From Hemiscyllium ocellatum (taxonomy: Eukaryota): DNA of 64,000 nt. This document shows positions 1-10,620 of the stretch, in pieces. The translations under genes were made by a program, and so were the position numbers. Under the pieces are notes generated by a model. It made no database searches. It was not told the origin of the DNA and saw only the letters and a program-made list of their open reading frames with translations. Location: NCBI RefSeq assembly GCF_020745735.1, contig NC_083433.1, positions 11,109,363 through 11,173,362 on the forward strand. The letters run 5' to 3'. Each line of letters begins with the position of its first letter. Positions within the stretch are counted from its first letter, which is position 1.

Positions 1-1060
1 AAGCAGGTTGATTAGAAAAAAGACACTGACAAGTTGAATTATGTAAGTGATCTCGCCGTAGTCCAGAGACTGCTCTCTCTCTCATTAGAGAAAGATGGCC
101 GCTGCTGGGTTAACCCGCAGATTGAGATGGATGGACCTTGATGGTAACCTCAGCCAGTGCAGGAATTGAATCCATGCTGTGGGTGTCACTCTGCAGCGCA
201 AAGCAGTCAATTGAGCTAACCAACCCCTAATAATCAGATATTCAAATGTAGGAGGTGACCATTCTGCCTGTGATGGCTCTCAGTCCTACTCCCTTATACT
301 TCCCCCAGAGCTCTGCAAGTTTTTCTGGTTCAAATATTTATCTACTTCCCTTTTGCAACTTACATTGAATCTGCTTCCAATACTCTTCCCAAATCAAAAC
401 TACTCAAACAAGGTGAAATCATCTCTACCCTCAATCTTAACTGAACGCTCACGGCATTACATGGGCTGTCAAGAGAAATTTACTCACAAAACCTTCGTAG
501 GAACCTTATTGAGTGTAGTACCTTGACTCCCCATTGTCTGTTTCAGATAGTAAATGTTGTGGTTAGTTTCAGTACCAATAGCTCATAATCTTCAACTCCA
601 ATCTACTCAACCTCCCCTTCCCCACCCCCCCATCACCAAATGGCAGTGATTCAAAGAGGGGACAGCACATAGAGAAGAGAATCCCACCCAAAGACAGAGT
701 CTCATTGGAATTCTGTTAGAAACATATAGGAGCTGGAGAAGGCCCCAAGCCAGATCCTCCATTGACCTGAGTGTGGCTTCAAATCCACTTTCTAACTTGA
801 TCTTTGACACCCCTCCCAACTCTCCAAATCTAACCCCACATGACCTTGAATTCCCTTGTCAATCAATCCATCTAATTCAGCCTTGAATACATTCGAAGAC
901 CCAGCCCCCAGTGCTATCTTGGGAAGAAAATTCCACAGACTGAAAGAGAAAAAAACCCACCATGCCTCTGTCTTTGATGGGAGACCCCTCATTTTAAACT
1001 GTATTCTCCCCCTGCTACCCCTGTTCCAGACTCCACCACAAGGGGTAACATTCTCTCCTT

Positions 1061-1517
1061 GGGCAGCACAGTGTCTCAGTGTTAGCACTGCTGCCTCACA
1101 GCGTCAGACACTGGGGTTAGATTTCACCCTTGGGTGTTTTTCTGTGTGGAGTTTGCACATTCTCTCCGTGTCTGCGTGGGCTTTCTCCGGGTGCTCCGGT
1201 TTCCTCCCACAATCCAAAGATGTGCAGGTCAGTGGATTGGCCAGGCTAAATTGGCCACAGTGTCCAGAGATGTGCAGGCTAGATGAGTTAGCCATGGAAA
1301 TGCAGGGATAGGGTAGGGAAGTGGTTCTGGGTGGGATCATCTTCGGAGGGCCAGTGTGGACCTGATGGGCCAAATGTCAAGATTAGAGTGGTGCTGGAAA
1401 AGCACAGCAGGTCAGGCAGCATCCAAGGAGCTAGGAAAATCGATGTTTCAGGCAGGAGTCCTTCATCAGGAATCTTGGGGCCAAATGGCCTGCTCCCACA
1501 CTGCAGGTATTCTATTG
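1061..1517 (+). mobile_element. HE1-type tRNA-derived V-SINE (interrupted)
   Basis: tRNA-like head, V-domain TGTGTGGAGTTTGCACATTCTC...GGTTTCCTCCCACA, CR1-like tail. Confidence 0.85.
1377..1477 (-). mobile_element. 101-bp hammerhead-bearing Penelope mini-element inside an HE1 SINE
   Basis: TSD GGGCCAAATG (1367-1376, 1478-1487). Minus strand GATTC-CTGATGA-AGGACTCCTGCCT-GAAA-CATC (decayed core). Confidence 0.85.
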
Positions 1518-2719
1518 TCTACACCTTTCCTGTCAGAATCTTCTACATTTCAATGGAATTGCCAGTCTTTCCTCAAAACTCCAGTGAGTATAACATTACC
1601 CACTCACCCCACATCCCAGGGATCGGTCGAGTGAACCTACAGGCCAATCAGCTCCTTGAGCCACATCCATAATTCAGGTGGATCACGGCTGATCCACATG
1701 TCAACCTGCCTTTTTTTTATTCAGACATGGGCATTGCTGGTCTTTGTTGCCTGTCCCCTAATTGCCCTTGAGGTGGTGGTGCTGAGCTGCCTTCGTCTGG
1801 TTACTGCAGTCCATGTCCTGGCTCCATGACCCACCCCCACTATTACTCAATACCCATGAAAATTCCACAGACCAATACCCCCTCAGGGTGAAAAAAGATT
1901 CTCCTCAGCTCCGTCCCAAAAGTGAGACATCTCGTTTTCAAAACCCTCATTCTCGTCTCCTTCAGAAGGGGAAACATCTTCGCAGCATCCACCCAGTCCA
2001 GCTCCCTCAAGATTGAACTGGTTTCAACACGATGGCCTCTCATTCTCCTCACCTTCAATTGAACACAGGCCCAGTCCAACCTTGTTCAGAGGATAACTCA
2101 AAAAAAGGGAACCTTCTCTGAACTGCTTCAAACACAATGATATCCTTGCCCGTTCACACCAGAGGGTGGTCACTGATATTCGGCTTAGGAAGTATCAATG
2201 TTGGTGTTTCTCAGCCCTCATCTGACTGCCCTGTGGGGGCACTTCCCAAGTGATTAAGAACACAATTCCCACCTGATATTCGCCACCTTGTCACCCACAC
2301 CAACCCCTTCCCATCACGGTCCTCGGGTCAATTCACAACCCGAGTTGAACTCATCGAACTCAGCACAGATACAGAATCGAACTTTGTACACACCTGACCT
2401 GGCTTTCTTAGAGAGACAAAAAAAAATACAAGGCCCCCTTCTGAAATATATCACCTATCCCAAAAACTTACAGGAATAATGTGGGATCTTCCTCTGCCCG
2501 AATCCCCTCCACCCCCCCCCCCCAAACATAAGGGGGTGGGGTTAACGTCAACAAAGGCAGCAATTCAGATTTACAAATAATGCAGCTCCCCCACTTTTAT
2601 CTTCGGATATCAATGCTGGCCCATCAGGTTCTTTTTATTAAATAATGCACCAGCAAGGTTGCAATGTTTAATTTTGCAACTTGTGTTCATTTATTCTTTC
2701 CCCCAATCCCCCTCCTAAA

Positions 2720-3930
2720 ATGTTAACGGCGTAAAGTACACTTCCAAATGCAGCCTTTGAAAAGCGGGCGGGAGGGAAAGTGGGCTGGTTGGACTTTCAC
2801 ATTGCAAGCACAGAGATTGCAACGGGGCCTAGTCGTGGAGAAGGGCAAAAGAAATGTCTACATTCATTTTTTTTGCAACAAAACACGCACACGAGAGGAT
2901 GTGTGTGTGGAGGGAGGGGGTTGGAATCGTTGCATTTTCAACACGGGACGCTCACGGGAGGGGAAATGTGGAAGAGGGAAAGGCTGAGAGAGGAAAGCTG
3001 GGCCCCCGAGCTCTATTATCAATAACATCCCATTCTTTCCCGATCGCGTTTCGCGTCAATTTCTCTGCTGGCTTTGATCAGTTTCCACTCGCTCTCTGGC
3101 GCGACATTGTATCGAACATTTGTTGCAATTCCCTTCGTTTTTTCCCCCTCCCTTATTGAACTCTCTTCCAGCATGTATGATTTTTTTTCTGGTTACATAT
3201 TTAAAAAAGGCCCTTAATTCGACTCTTTGTGCGTGTGTGTGTGTGTGTGTATATACACTGCGTTTTACATTTAAAAGCAGGAAACGCTTTTGTATCGCTC
3301 GCTAACTTTGCTAAATTGTAGCCGATATTTGCAACCGACGAGTTGCGAATGAAAGTGCAGCAGAGAGGAGTAACTCCCTCCGACTCCCTATAGAGGCTCA
3401 GATACACCGGCTTTATATTGGGGAGGGGGGTGGGAGAGAAGGTGGGGGTGGAAATTAAACGGAGGCTATTTTTTTTTACCTGGCTTTCACTCCTGACGGT
3501 GATCTGTCGTAGCTCCATCCTTGTCCAGCACCTAGGGGATCTCCAAATCCAGAAGTGGGATAATTTCTATCCATTAAATTCAGTTTAAGTTGTTGTTTTT
3601 CTCGGCTCTTTTTAAATTGTTGGAACCCGGGTTTTTTTCTTGCAAGCCTTCGAGACAGTCCTGGATTGCACTTTCTGACTGATTGGATCTGATGCTGTTA
3701 TATTTTTGGTGGAGTTGGTTTCTTAATCTGCTTTCAGTTCACAGGGGAGAAAAAACATGCAATGTGTGTGTATATTTTTATGTGTATATATAAAGACTTC
3801 TTGTAAAAGAGGACTCACGGTTCGGCCATCTTTCAGGCTCTCTCTCTCTCTCTCTGCCTGTCTCTGATCTCAATACCCAGAATACATTTCAGAGAGAAAG
3901 AGGGAGGAGGGGGGTGGGTGGGAGGATCAT
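2720..3930 (-). promoter_or_regulatory. PRR12 promoter / 5'UTR / CpG-enriched start of intron 1
   Basis: TE-free stretch with locally raised CpG (2720-3420), GA and G-rich tracts (3836-3925) and a YY1-like AAGATGGCCG (3823-3832, minus). TSS cannot be fixed from sequence. Confidence 0.6.
3480..3574 (-). CDS. PRR12: PRR12 (proline-rich protein 12) first coding exon; gene continues off the left edge
   Basis: Minus strand reads [31 protein letters not shown](S) and ends at a phase-2 donor AG|GTAAAA. Closely matches the recalled human PRR12 N-terminus ([29 protein letters not shown]). Synteny with PRRG2 and NOSIP favours PRR12 over its paralogue QSER1. Confidence 0.92.
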
Positions 3931-4532
3931 ATAATCCTCAGAGCTCTCAAACCAGTAAAAGGGGACAGACAGACAGACACAAAAAAATTCACCCAGAATC
4001 TCACTGGGAAACACACAGAGCAGAATGGAAACACAAATCTAAGATTCTTAGATGCATGCATTCATGTCAAAAGTTGACAAAGAAACAAAAGAAAAATAGT
4101 CTTTCAAATCAGAAGAGGGATAAATGGGATTTGAAACCAAATCCAAAGGTTGTGCTTTTTAATAACCATTCTATCTGATCGTCCAGAAACGATTACAAAT
4201 TTCAAGCATTATAGAATGGAGACAGATTCTAATGTTAAAATACACAGACAAAGTGCTCACTGTGTTCTGCTGTATTCAGTTTCTCAACCTGATGGCATGG
4301 GATACCTGGTGTCTGGCATCCATTATGTCAGGGTCATTTTGACAGACTCATCTGTGAGGAGCAGAGGATCAGCACAGCAGTGACCACCAGTCCCCCATCT
4401 GCCCTGTGGACAAACAGGGCCTATGTGAAATAGGTTTGCACATCTGACCCCCTTCCTCATTTCCATGTAGCAGAACAACCTCAGAATACTGAAGCAAGCG
4501 GTTAAGTAAAATGTTAAACACATTGTTGGGTC

Positions 4533-5020
4533 ATAATCATAGAGCACAGAAACAGTCCCTTTGATCCAATCCATCCGTGCTGACCAAGTTTCCCAAATTA
4601 AACCAATCCCACCTGCTTGTGTTTGGCCCATTTCCCTCTAACTCATTCCTAAACCCACCCAAATGTCTTTTAAATTTTGTAAGTGTACTTGCATCTACTA
4701 CTTCCTCTGGCAGTTCATCCCACATGAACCATACCTGTGTAAAAGTTGCACCTCAAGTTCATTTCAAATCTTCCTCCTCTCACATTAAAAATATGTCCCC
4801 TACTTTTGAACTCACCCACCCTAGGGAAAAACCTTTGCTATTCACTTTATCTATGCCCCTCATGATTTATAAATCTCTATAAAGTCACCTCTCAGCTTCC
4901 TGTACACCAATGACAAGAGTCAAGAGTCTATCTTTATAACTCGGATCCTCCAGTCCCAGCAACATCCTGGTAAATCTCCAATTAAATAACATCCTTCCTA
5001 TAGCAGAGTGACCAGAACTA
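4533..5020 (-). mobile_element. CR1/HER1 3' fragment
   Basis: WDELPEEVV...FKRHL and tail. Confidence 0.85.
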
Positions 5021-5029
5021 TATGGGGCT

Positions 5030-5780
5030 ACATTTTTAGCTTTACTCTGGATTTGATCTGTGTGCTGTACCTATCCTGAGAGTGTTTGTTAGAGACAGGG
5101 TCGAGAAAGCATTACTCTTAACCCAGTGTTTGATCTGGACAGTGTAGAGGTAGCTTCACTCTAAATCTAACTCCATGCCATGCCTGTCCTGGGAATGTTT
5201 GATGAGGACAGTGCAGAGGGAGCTTTAATTTCACTTGATAAGACTGGAAGTAGCTTTACTCGGTGTCTAACCTAATATTATACCTGTCTTAGCAGCATTT
5301 GATGGGAACAGTGTGGAGAAAACTTTAGTTTCAGTTCAACTTTAGTATAAAAGAGTAGAGAGAATACCCTGTATTTAATTCCCTGTATCTGACCTGGGAG
5401 TGTTTGACGGAGAGAACATTGAGGGGCTTTTACTTTCTATCTAAAAGAGTAAAAGGAGGCTTTACTCTCTTCTTTAGACCATATTATCCCTTCTTGGGAA
5501 CGTTTGAAGTGTACAGTGTCAGGAGAGTTTTACTTTCAGTTCAAAAAACTTTACTCTGTATCTAGCCCCATGCTGTACCTGCCCTGAAAGTGTTTGATGG
5601 CACAATATAGAGAGCTTCACTTTCAGCTCACAAGAGCAGAAGCTTTACTTTCAGATTAAAAGAGTAGACAAAGGTGTACTTACTTTCAGTTTAAAAGAGG
5701 AGAGGGAGTTTTATGCTGTATCTAACCCTCCACTGTCCCTGTGCTGGAGGTGTTTGACTGGGGACAGTGTGGCAGCCTTT
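5030..5780 (+). repeat. Degenerate composite tandem array (~66-bp unit plus ~33-bp unit)
   Basis: Repeated GGGAGTGTTTGATGGGACAGTGTAGAGGGAGCTTTACTCTGTATCTAACC..TGCTGTACCTG interleaved with TTTACTTTCAGTT(C/T)AAAAGAGTAGA. Confidence 0.8.
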
Positions 5781-6691
5781 GTTGTGTTAGCTGGAGGATA
5801 CACTGTGATGAGATTGTGTGGGCTTGGGAAATGTCCAGTTCTGACTGCGTAGCCAGGAGTTTGCAAATTCTCCCAGTGTCTGGGTGGGTTTCCTCCAGGT
5901 GACAGACATGTGACTCCAAGCTTACAGCAATGTAACTGATGCTTAACTGTCCTCAGCAATTGGGGAGAGGCAATAAATACCATAAACAAAGAAAATAAAA
6001 GCCTGGGTCACACTCTAGAATCATATAATCACTACAGCGTGGAAGCAGGCCATTCAGCCCATTAGGCCCACATATCCAACCAGACCCACCCTATCCCTGT
6101 AAACTCCAGAGTTAGCTCCCACAGTCTAAAGAAGGACTAGGTCAATTGACCATGCTAAACTGCCCAGAGTGTTCAGGCTAGGTGTATTAGCCATAGGAAA
6201 TGCATAGTTGCAGAGATCATGTGGGGCTGGGTAGGACGTTTCTCAGATACGTGGAACCGCTGGGCCGAATGGCTTGCTTCCACACTGTAGCGATTGTATG
6301 ATTCTACGAGTGTGACCCAGGCTTTACTTTCTTCATTTATGGTATGTGGCTGTCACCGAGGTCACTAGGTATTGCCTCTCCCCGGTTATTGAGGACAGTT
6401 AAGTGTCAGTTACATTGCTGTAGGTCTGGAGTCACAGATCAGGCGGATCCACCTTCCGAGAATGCCACATGCGAATCAGATGATGTTGTTTTCCTCCCCA
6501 CAAATGACAATGGTCATCATTAGACCAGCTTTTTACTGAATTCAAATTTTATCAGCAGTCATGATGAAATTTAAACCCAATTCCCCAGTGAATTAACCTG
6601 GTGACGTTACAATGACACAGCCTACCCTTGCTGAACAGGCTGGGTAGTTCTTGACCCACCCGATCCTCCACCATGTATAGTTTACTTTCAT

Positions 6692-6982
6692 AGATGTAGG
6701 TTTGCTCGCTGAGCTGGAAGGTTCATTTCCAGACATTTCATCATCATACTAGGTAACATCGTCAGCGGGTTTCTGGCTGAAGCACTGTTGATAATTACTG
6801 ATAAAGCAGGAATCATCAACAGTGCTTTACTCAGAGGTCCGCTGAAGATGTTACCCAGTAGGGTGATGAAACGTCGGGAGATGAACCTTCCAGCTTAGCA
6901 AGCAAACAAGTAAGTAATCTAATCTAATCAAACCTACATCCAGAACCTCAACCTGAGCTACAAATCTTCTCAAAACTTGCTA
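6692..6982. mobile_element. Palindromic Penelope-type mini-element with hammerheads on both strands
   Basis: Plus: CTGAAGA(6842)-T-GTTACCC-AGTA-GGGTGAT-GAAACGTC. Minus: CTGACGA(6765-6759)-TGTTACCTAGTATGATGAT-GAAATGTC. Inverted arms of about 110 bp. Confidence 0.75.
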
Positions 6983-7479
6983 AGTTACATTCATGTTATA
7001 GCCAGACCACAGAAGGTCTCAAAGTGTTTGTAATCAATGGATTTTCTTCCCTCCTCAAGTGGGCAAGTGCAGCCTGTTTACACACAAACAGAAATTAATC
7101 AATGACCAGGTAACTAATGGGACAATTGCTGGCCCATGACGAAAAGAACAGTCTTTGTTCTTCAAACAATATTAGAGCAGGTTTGGGAATCTGTCAAACA
7201 TGACCTCCAGAAATGCAGCACTCCCTCAGTACCACATAGAAAGCATTCCTTCATACTTTATGGCTCAAGCCTCTGGTGTGGGGATTGAAACCATGCTTTT
7301 CTGAGTCAGGATGGCTACCAAACCCAGTTGAAACCGTTAACTGTACTCAATACCTAAGGCAAATCCAGACTGATGAGAGAAGAATAATTAAGAGTAACTG
7401 ACAGACTGACTTGGGAAAACTGGGGATAATCCATGATGATCCTTGCACTGGGAAAAAAAAATGACTTTTTAAATTGAAA

Positions 7480-7485
7480 TTTATT
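7480..7485 (-). terminator. Candidate polyadenylation signal AATAAA (possible distal PRRG2 3' end)
   Basis: AATAAA on minus at the end of an AU-rich, UTR-like stretch. Other AATAAA sites lie near 10661, 11275 and 11421, so the assignment is uncertain. Confidence 0.3.
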
Positions 7486-8324
7486 AAACAAAAGATGTGA
7501 AGTTAAAGCCATTTTATTACAGAGCTCTTACAGAACTGTATAAAGTATGTCAAATGCCAACATAATAACTAGCACAAGGTAAAGTGGTTCTGTTTTGTAC
7601 GGAGACCTAGTTTGCAGAATAACCTTGCTCAAATTTTTGTTTCCATATTTCTGCAGACCCAGTCAATTCCTTTCCATAGATAATTTCTAATCAACCTCAG
7701 GCCTGTCATTATACACCTCTGAGGCTTGAACCCAGGTCTGCTGGCTCAGAGGTCAGGACACTAACATTGCACTAGAAGATGTAATGGATAAGTTTAGCTT
7801 ATTTCACAGAAGGGAGATGCCCACAGTGTCAGCTGGAGTCCTGGTTTTATTGAATTACCTTCGATGGACCATACATGTACCTGATGCGAAGGGCAGGTTT
7901 GATTAAAAATTGTCGGCCATCCTCATGTTGACTATTGCGGAGGTATGGTTTCAGGGAATTTCGGTAGATCCAGAGCAGACAATCTCTGGTGTGGGCCAAG
8001 AACAAGAGTTTGGAGGCAAACACAACTTGATGTTGATGGATCGTGGTCAGAATACAAAAAGGTAACCGACTTTTATTCCTCCTAGCGTCCTTAAAATTAA
8101 ACCAAGACTGGCGGAATAACCTTCCCTCATCCTAAAGCTAAGTTAAGCATGACATCCCAACGTGACCGAGATCAGCCAATTTGATACAGACTGGGTATGG
8201 AGCACAACAGCTATCTGCAGATCTCAGATCCCTGCATTTATCTGCTAGACAATGTGCAATTCTCCCAATTCGCTGTAGGAGACACTGGTTTACCCCACCA
8301 GCAATCAGGCACACATATAATAAA

Positions 8325-8500
8325 AGCAAAAAGATGCTAGAGATCTAAACCAGGCATAGAAAATATTGGAGAAACCCAGCAGGTCTGGCAATGTCTGTAG
8401 AGAGAAATAGAGTTAATGACATGACTCTTCTTCAGAGCCTTTGATTTTCTCTGCACAGATACTGCCAGACCTGCTGAGTTTCTCCAGCATTTTGTATGTT
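8325..8500. mobile_element. Decayed foldback element of the same class (related remnants at ~16715-16800, ~30735-30880, ~54210-54350)
   Basis: CAGCAGGTCTGGCA...TGCCAGACCTGCTG inverted arms; TCTTCAG (minus CTGAAGA) near 8430. Confidence 0.55.
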
Positions 8501-9189
8501 TGGATCAGGCACAGCTAGTCCCACAGTCTCCATGTGGAGGTAGCAGAACATCAGCTTTGAGAAGTCAAATTATTCTACGGTTGGCAAGCTTAGTCTCTGA
8601 CAAATACATTAGATAGGACAGCTTTCCAGGAGCAGATGAACTGGATACTGACAGAGGTAGAAATCATGTTAGAAAGGTAAGATCTTTATTGAAAAGCCTG
8701 CAATATCCCAAACAGTTTTCTGGATTTTTCCCACCTAATTACCAGTGTCAGTTTGTCTAAGGGAAGTTTGGGTTTCCAAGGATATCATATGATTGTAGGG
8801 GGAAAATGGAAGAGGGATTGAGCATCCAGTCACAAAGCTCCTTTTCCTGCTCACCCATTTTCTATGCAATTGGGGGGACAAGTCACTAATAGGTATGGTA
8901 GGTTAGTTTTTAAAAACACAGTCTTGCACTTATGGTCCAGAGGTCCTCACTATAAACCAGAGGATCTGGATTCAAGTCCCATTCGCAAACATGCTGGCCA
9001 AGAAAGGCACGTTCTCAAGCTGGCCATTCAGGTTAAGTTGCACGCTGCAAATCCCTCTACTGTACTCAGGTGGGAAGAGCAAGAGAGATTCCTGGTCAGG
9101 AATACAATGGAGAGAACAATGAAGCCTATCCCATCATATCCCATAGCTCCAGACTGTAATGTGCACAGACTGTGACACTATAACAACAC

Positions 9190-10620
9190 TAGTTTTTGTA
9201 CACCAGTCAATGAAGGTAAGCATGCAGGTACAGCAGGTAATGAAGAAGGCTAATAGCATGCTGGCCTTCATAACCAGAGGTATTGAGTATAGAAGCAAAG
9301 AGGTTCTTCTGCAGCTGTACAGGGCCCTGGTGAGACCACACCTTGGGTACTGTGTGCAGTTCTGGTCTCCAAATTTGAGGAAAGACATTCTGGCTATTGA
9401 GGGAGTGCAGCGTAGATTCACGAGATCAATTCCTGGAATGGCAGGACTACCTTACGCTGAAAGACTGGAGCGACTGGGCTTGTATACCCTTGAGTTTAGA
9501 AGACTGAGAGGGGATCTGATTGAGACATATAAGATTATTAAAGGATTGGACCCTCTGGCAGCAGGAAACATGTTTCCGCTGATGGGGGAGTGCCGAACCA
9601 GAGGACACAGCTTAAAAATACAGGGTAGACTATTTAGAACAGAGATGAGGAGAAACTTCTTCACCCAGAGAGTGGTGGCTGTGTGGAATGCTCTGCCCCA
9701 GCGGGCAGTGGAGGCCCAGTCTCTGGATTCATTTAAGAAAGAGTTGGATAGAGCTCTCAAGGATAGTGGAATCAACTGTTATGGAGATAAGGCAGGAACA
9801 GGATATGGATTAAGGATGTAAAACCTGCGCCCACACCTCCTCCCTCACCTCTATCCAAGGCTCTAAAGGAGCCTTCCACATCCATCAAAGTTCTACCTGC
9901 ACATCCACTAATATCATTTATTGTATCCATTGCTCCCGATGCGGTCTCCTCTACATTGGGGAGACTGGGCGCCTCCTACCACAGCGCTTAAGGGAACATC
10001 TCCGGGACACCCGCACCAATCAACCACACCGCCCCGTGGCCCAACAGTTCAACTCCACCTCCCACTCTGCCGAGGACATGGAGGTCCTGGGTCGTCTCCA
10101 ACGCTGCTCCCTCACCACCAGACGCCTGGAGGAAGAACACCTCATCTTCCGCCTCGGAACACTTCAACCCCAGGGCATCAATGTGGGCTTCAACAGTTTC
10201 CTCATTTCCCCTTCCCCCACCTCACCCTAGTTCCAAACTTCCAGCTCAGCACTGTCCCCATGATTTGTCCTACCTGCCTATCTCCTTTTCCACCTATCCA
10301 CTCCACCCTCTTCTCCCTGACCTAACACCTTCATCCCCCCCCCCCCCTCACCTATTGTACTCTATGCTACTTTCTCCCCACCCCCACCCTCCTCTAGCTT
10401 ATCTCTCCACACTTCAGGCTCTCTGCCTTTATTCCTGATGAAGGGCTTTTGCCCAAAACATTGATTTCCCTGGTCCTTGGATGCTGCCTGAACTGCTGTG
10501 CTCTTCCAGCACCACTAATCCAGACACTGATTAAGGATGATCAGCCATGATCATATTGAATGGTGGTTCAGGCTCAAAAGGGTAGAATGGCCTACTCCTG
10601 CACCTATTGTCTCTTGTCTA
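9190..10620 (+). mobile_element. Young 5'-truncated CR1/HER1-type LINE (ORF2 C-terminus intact), tail interrupted by Penelope
   Basis: ORF 9159-9821 with LYRALVRPHLxYCVQFWSP, LEFRRLRGDLIETYKI, TRGHSLK, RNFFTQRVVxxWNxLP; 3'UTR resumes at 10529. Confidence 0.93.
9819..10528 (+). mobile_element. 5'-truncated Penelope-like element (GIY-YIG endonuclease C-terminus + pLTR with decayed hammerhead) nested in a CR1 LINE tail
   Basis: Open frame 9817-10230 reads ...CTSTNIIYCIHCSRCGLLYIGETGRLLPQRLREH...LGTLQPQGIN (GIY-YIG). CTGATGA-AGGGCTTTTGCCC-AAAA at 10435. TSD GATTAAGGATG at 9808-9818 and 10529-10539. Confidence 0.9.

Noticed and set aside
5030-5780. CRISPR-like repeat-spacer array
   Set aside because: Vertebrate DNA, degenerate units without unique spacers, no cas genes.
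9159-9821. Longest ORF (220 aa) as a host gene
   Set aside because: It is the C-terminus of CR1 ORF2.
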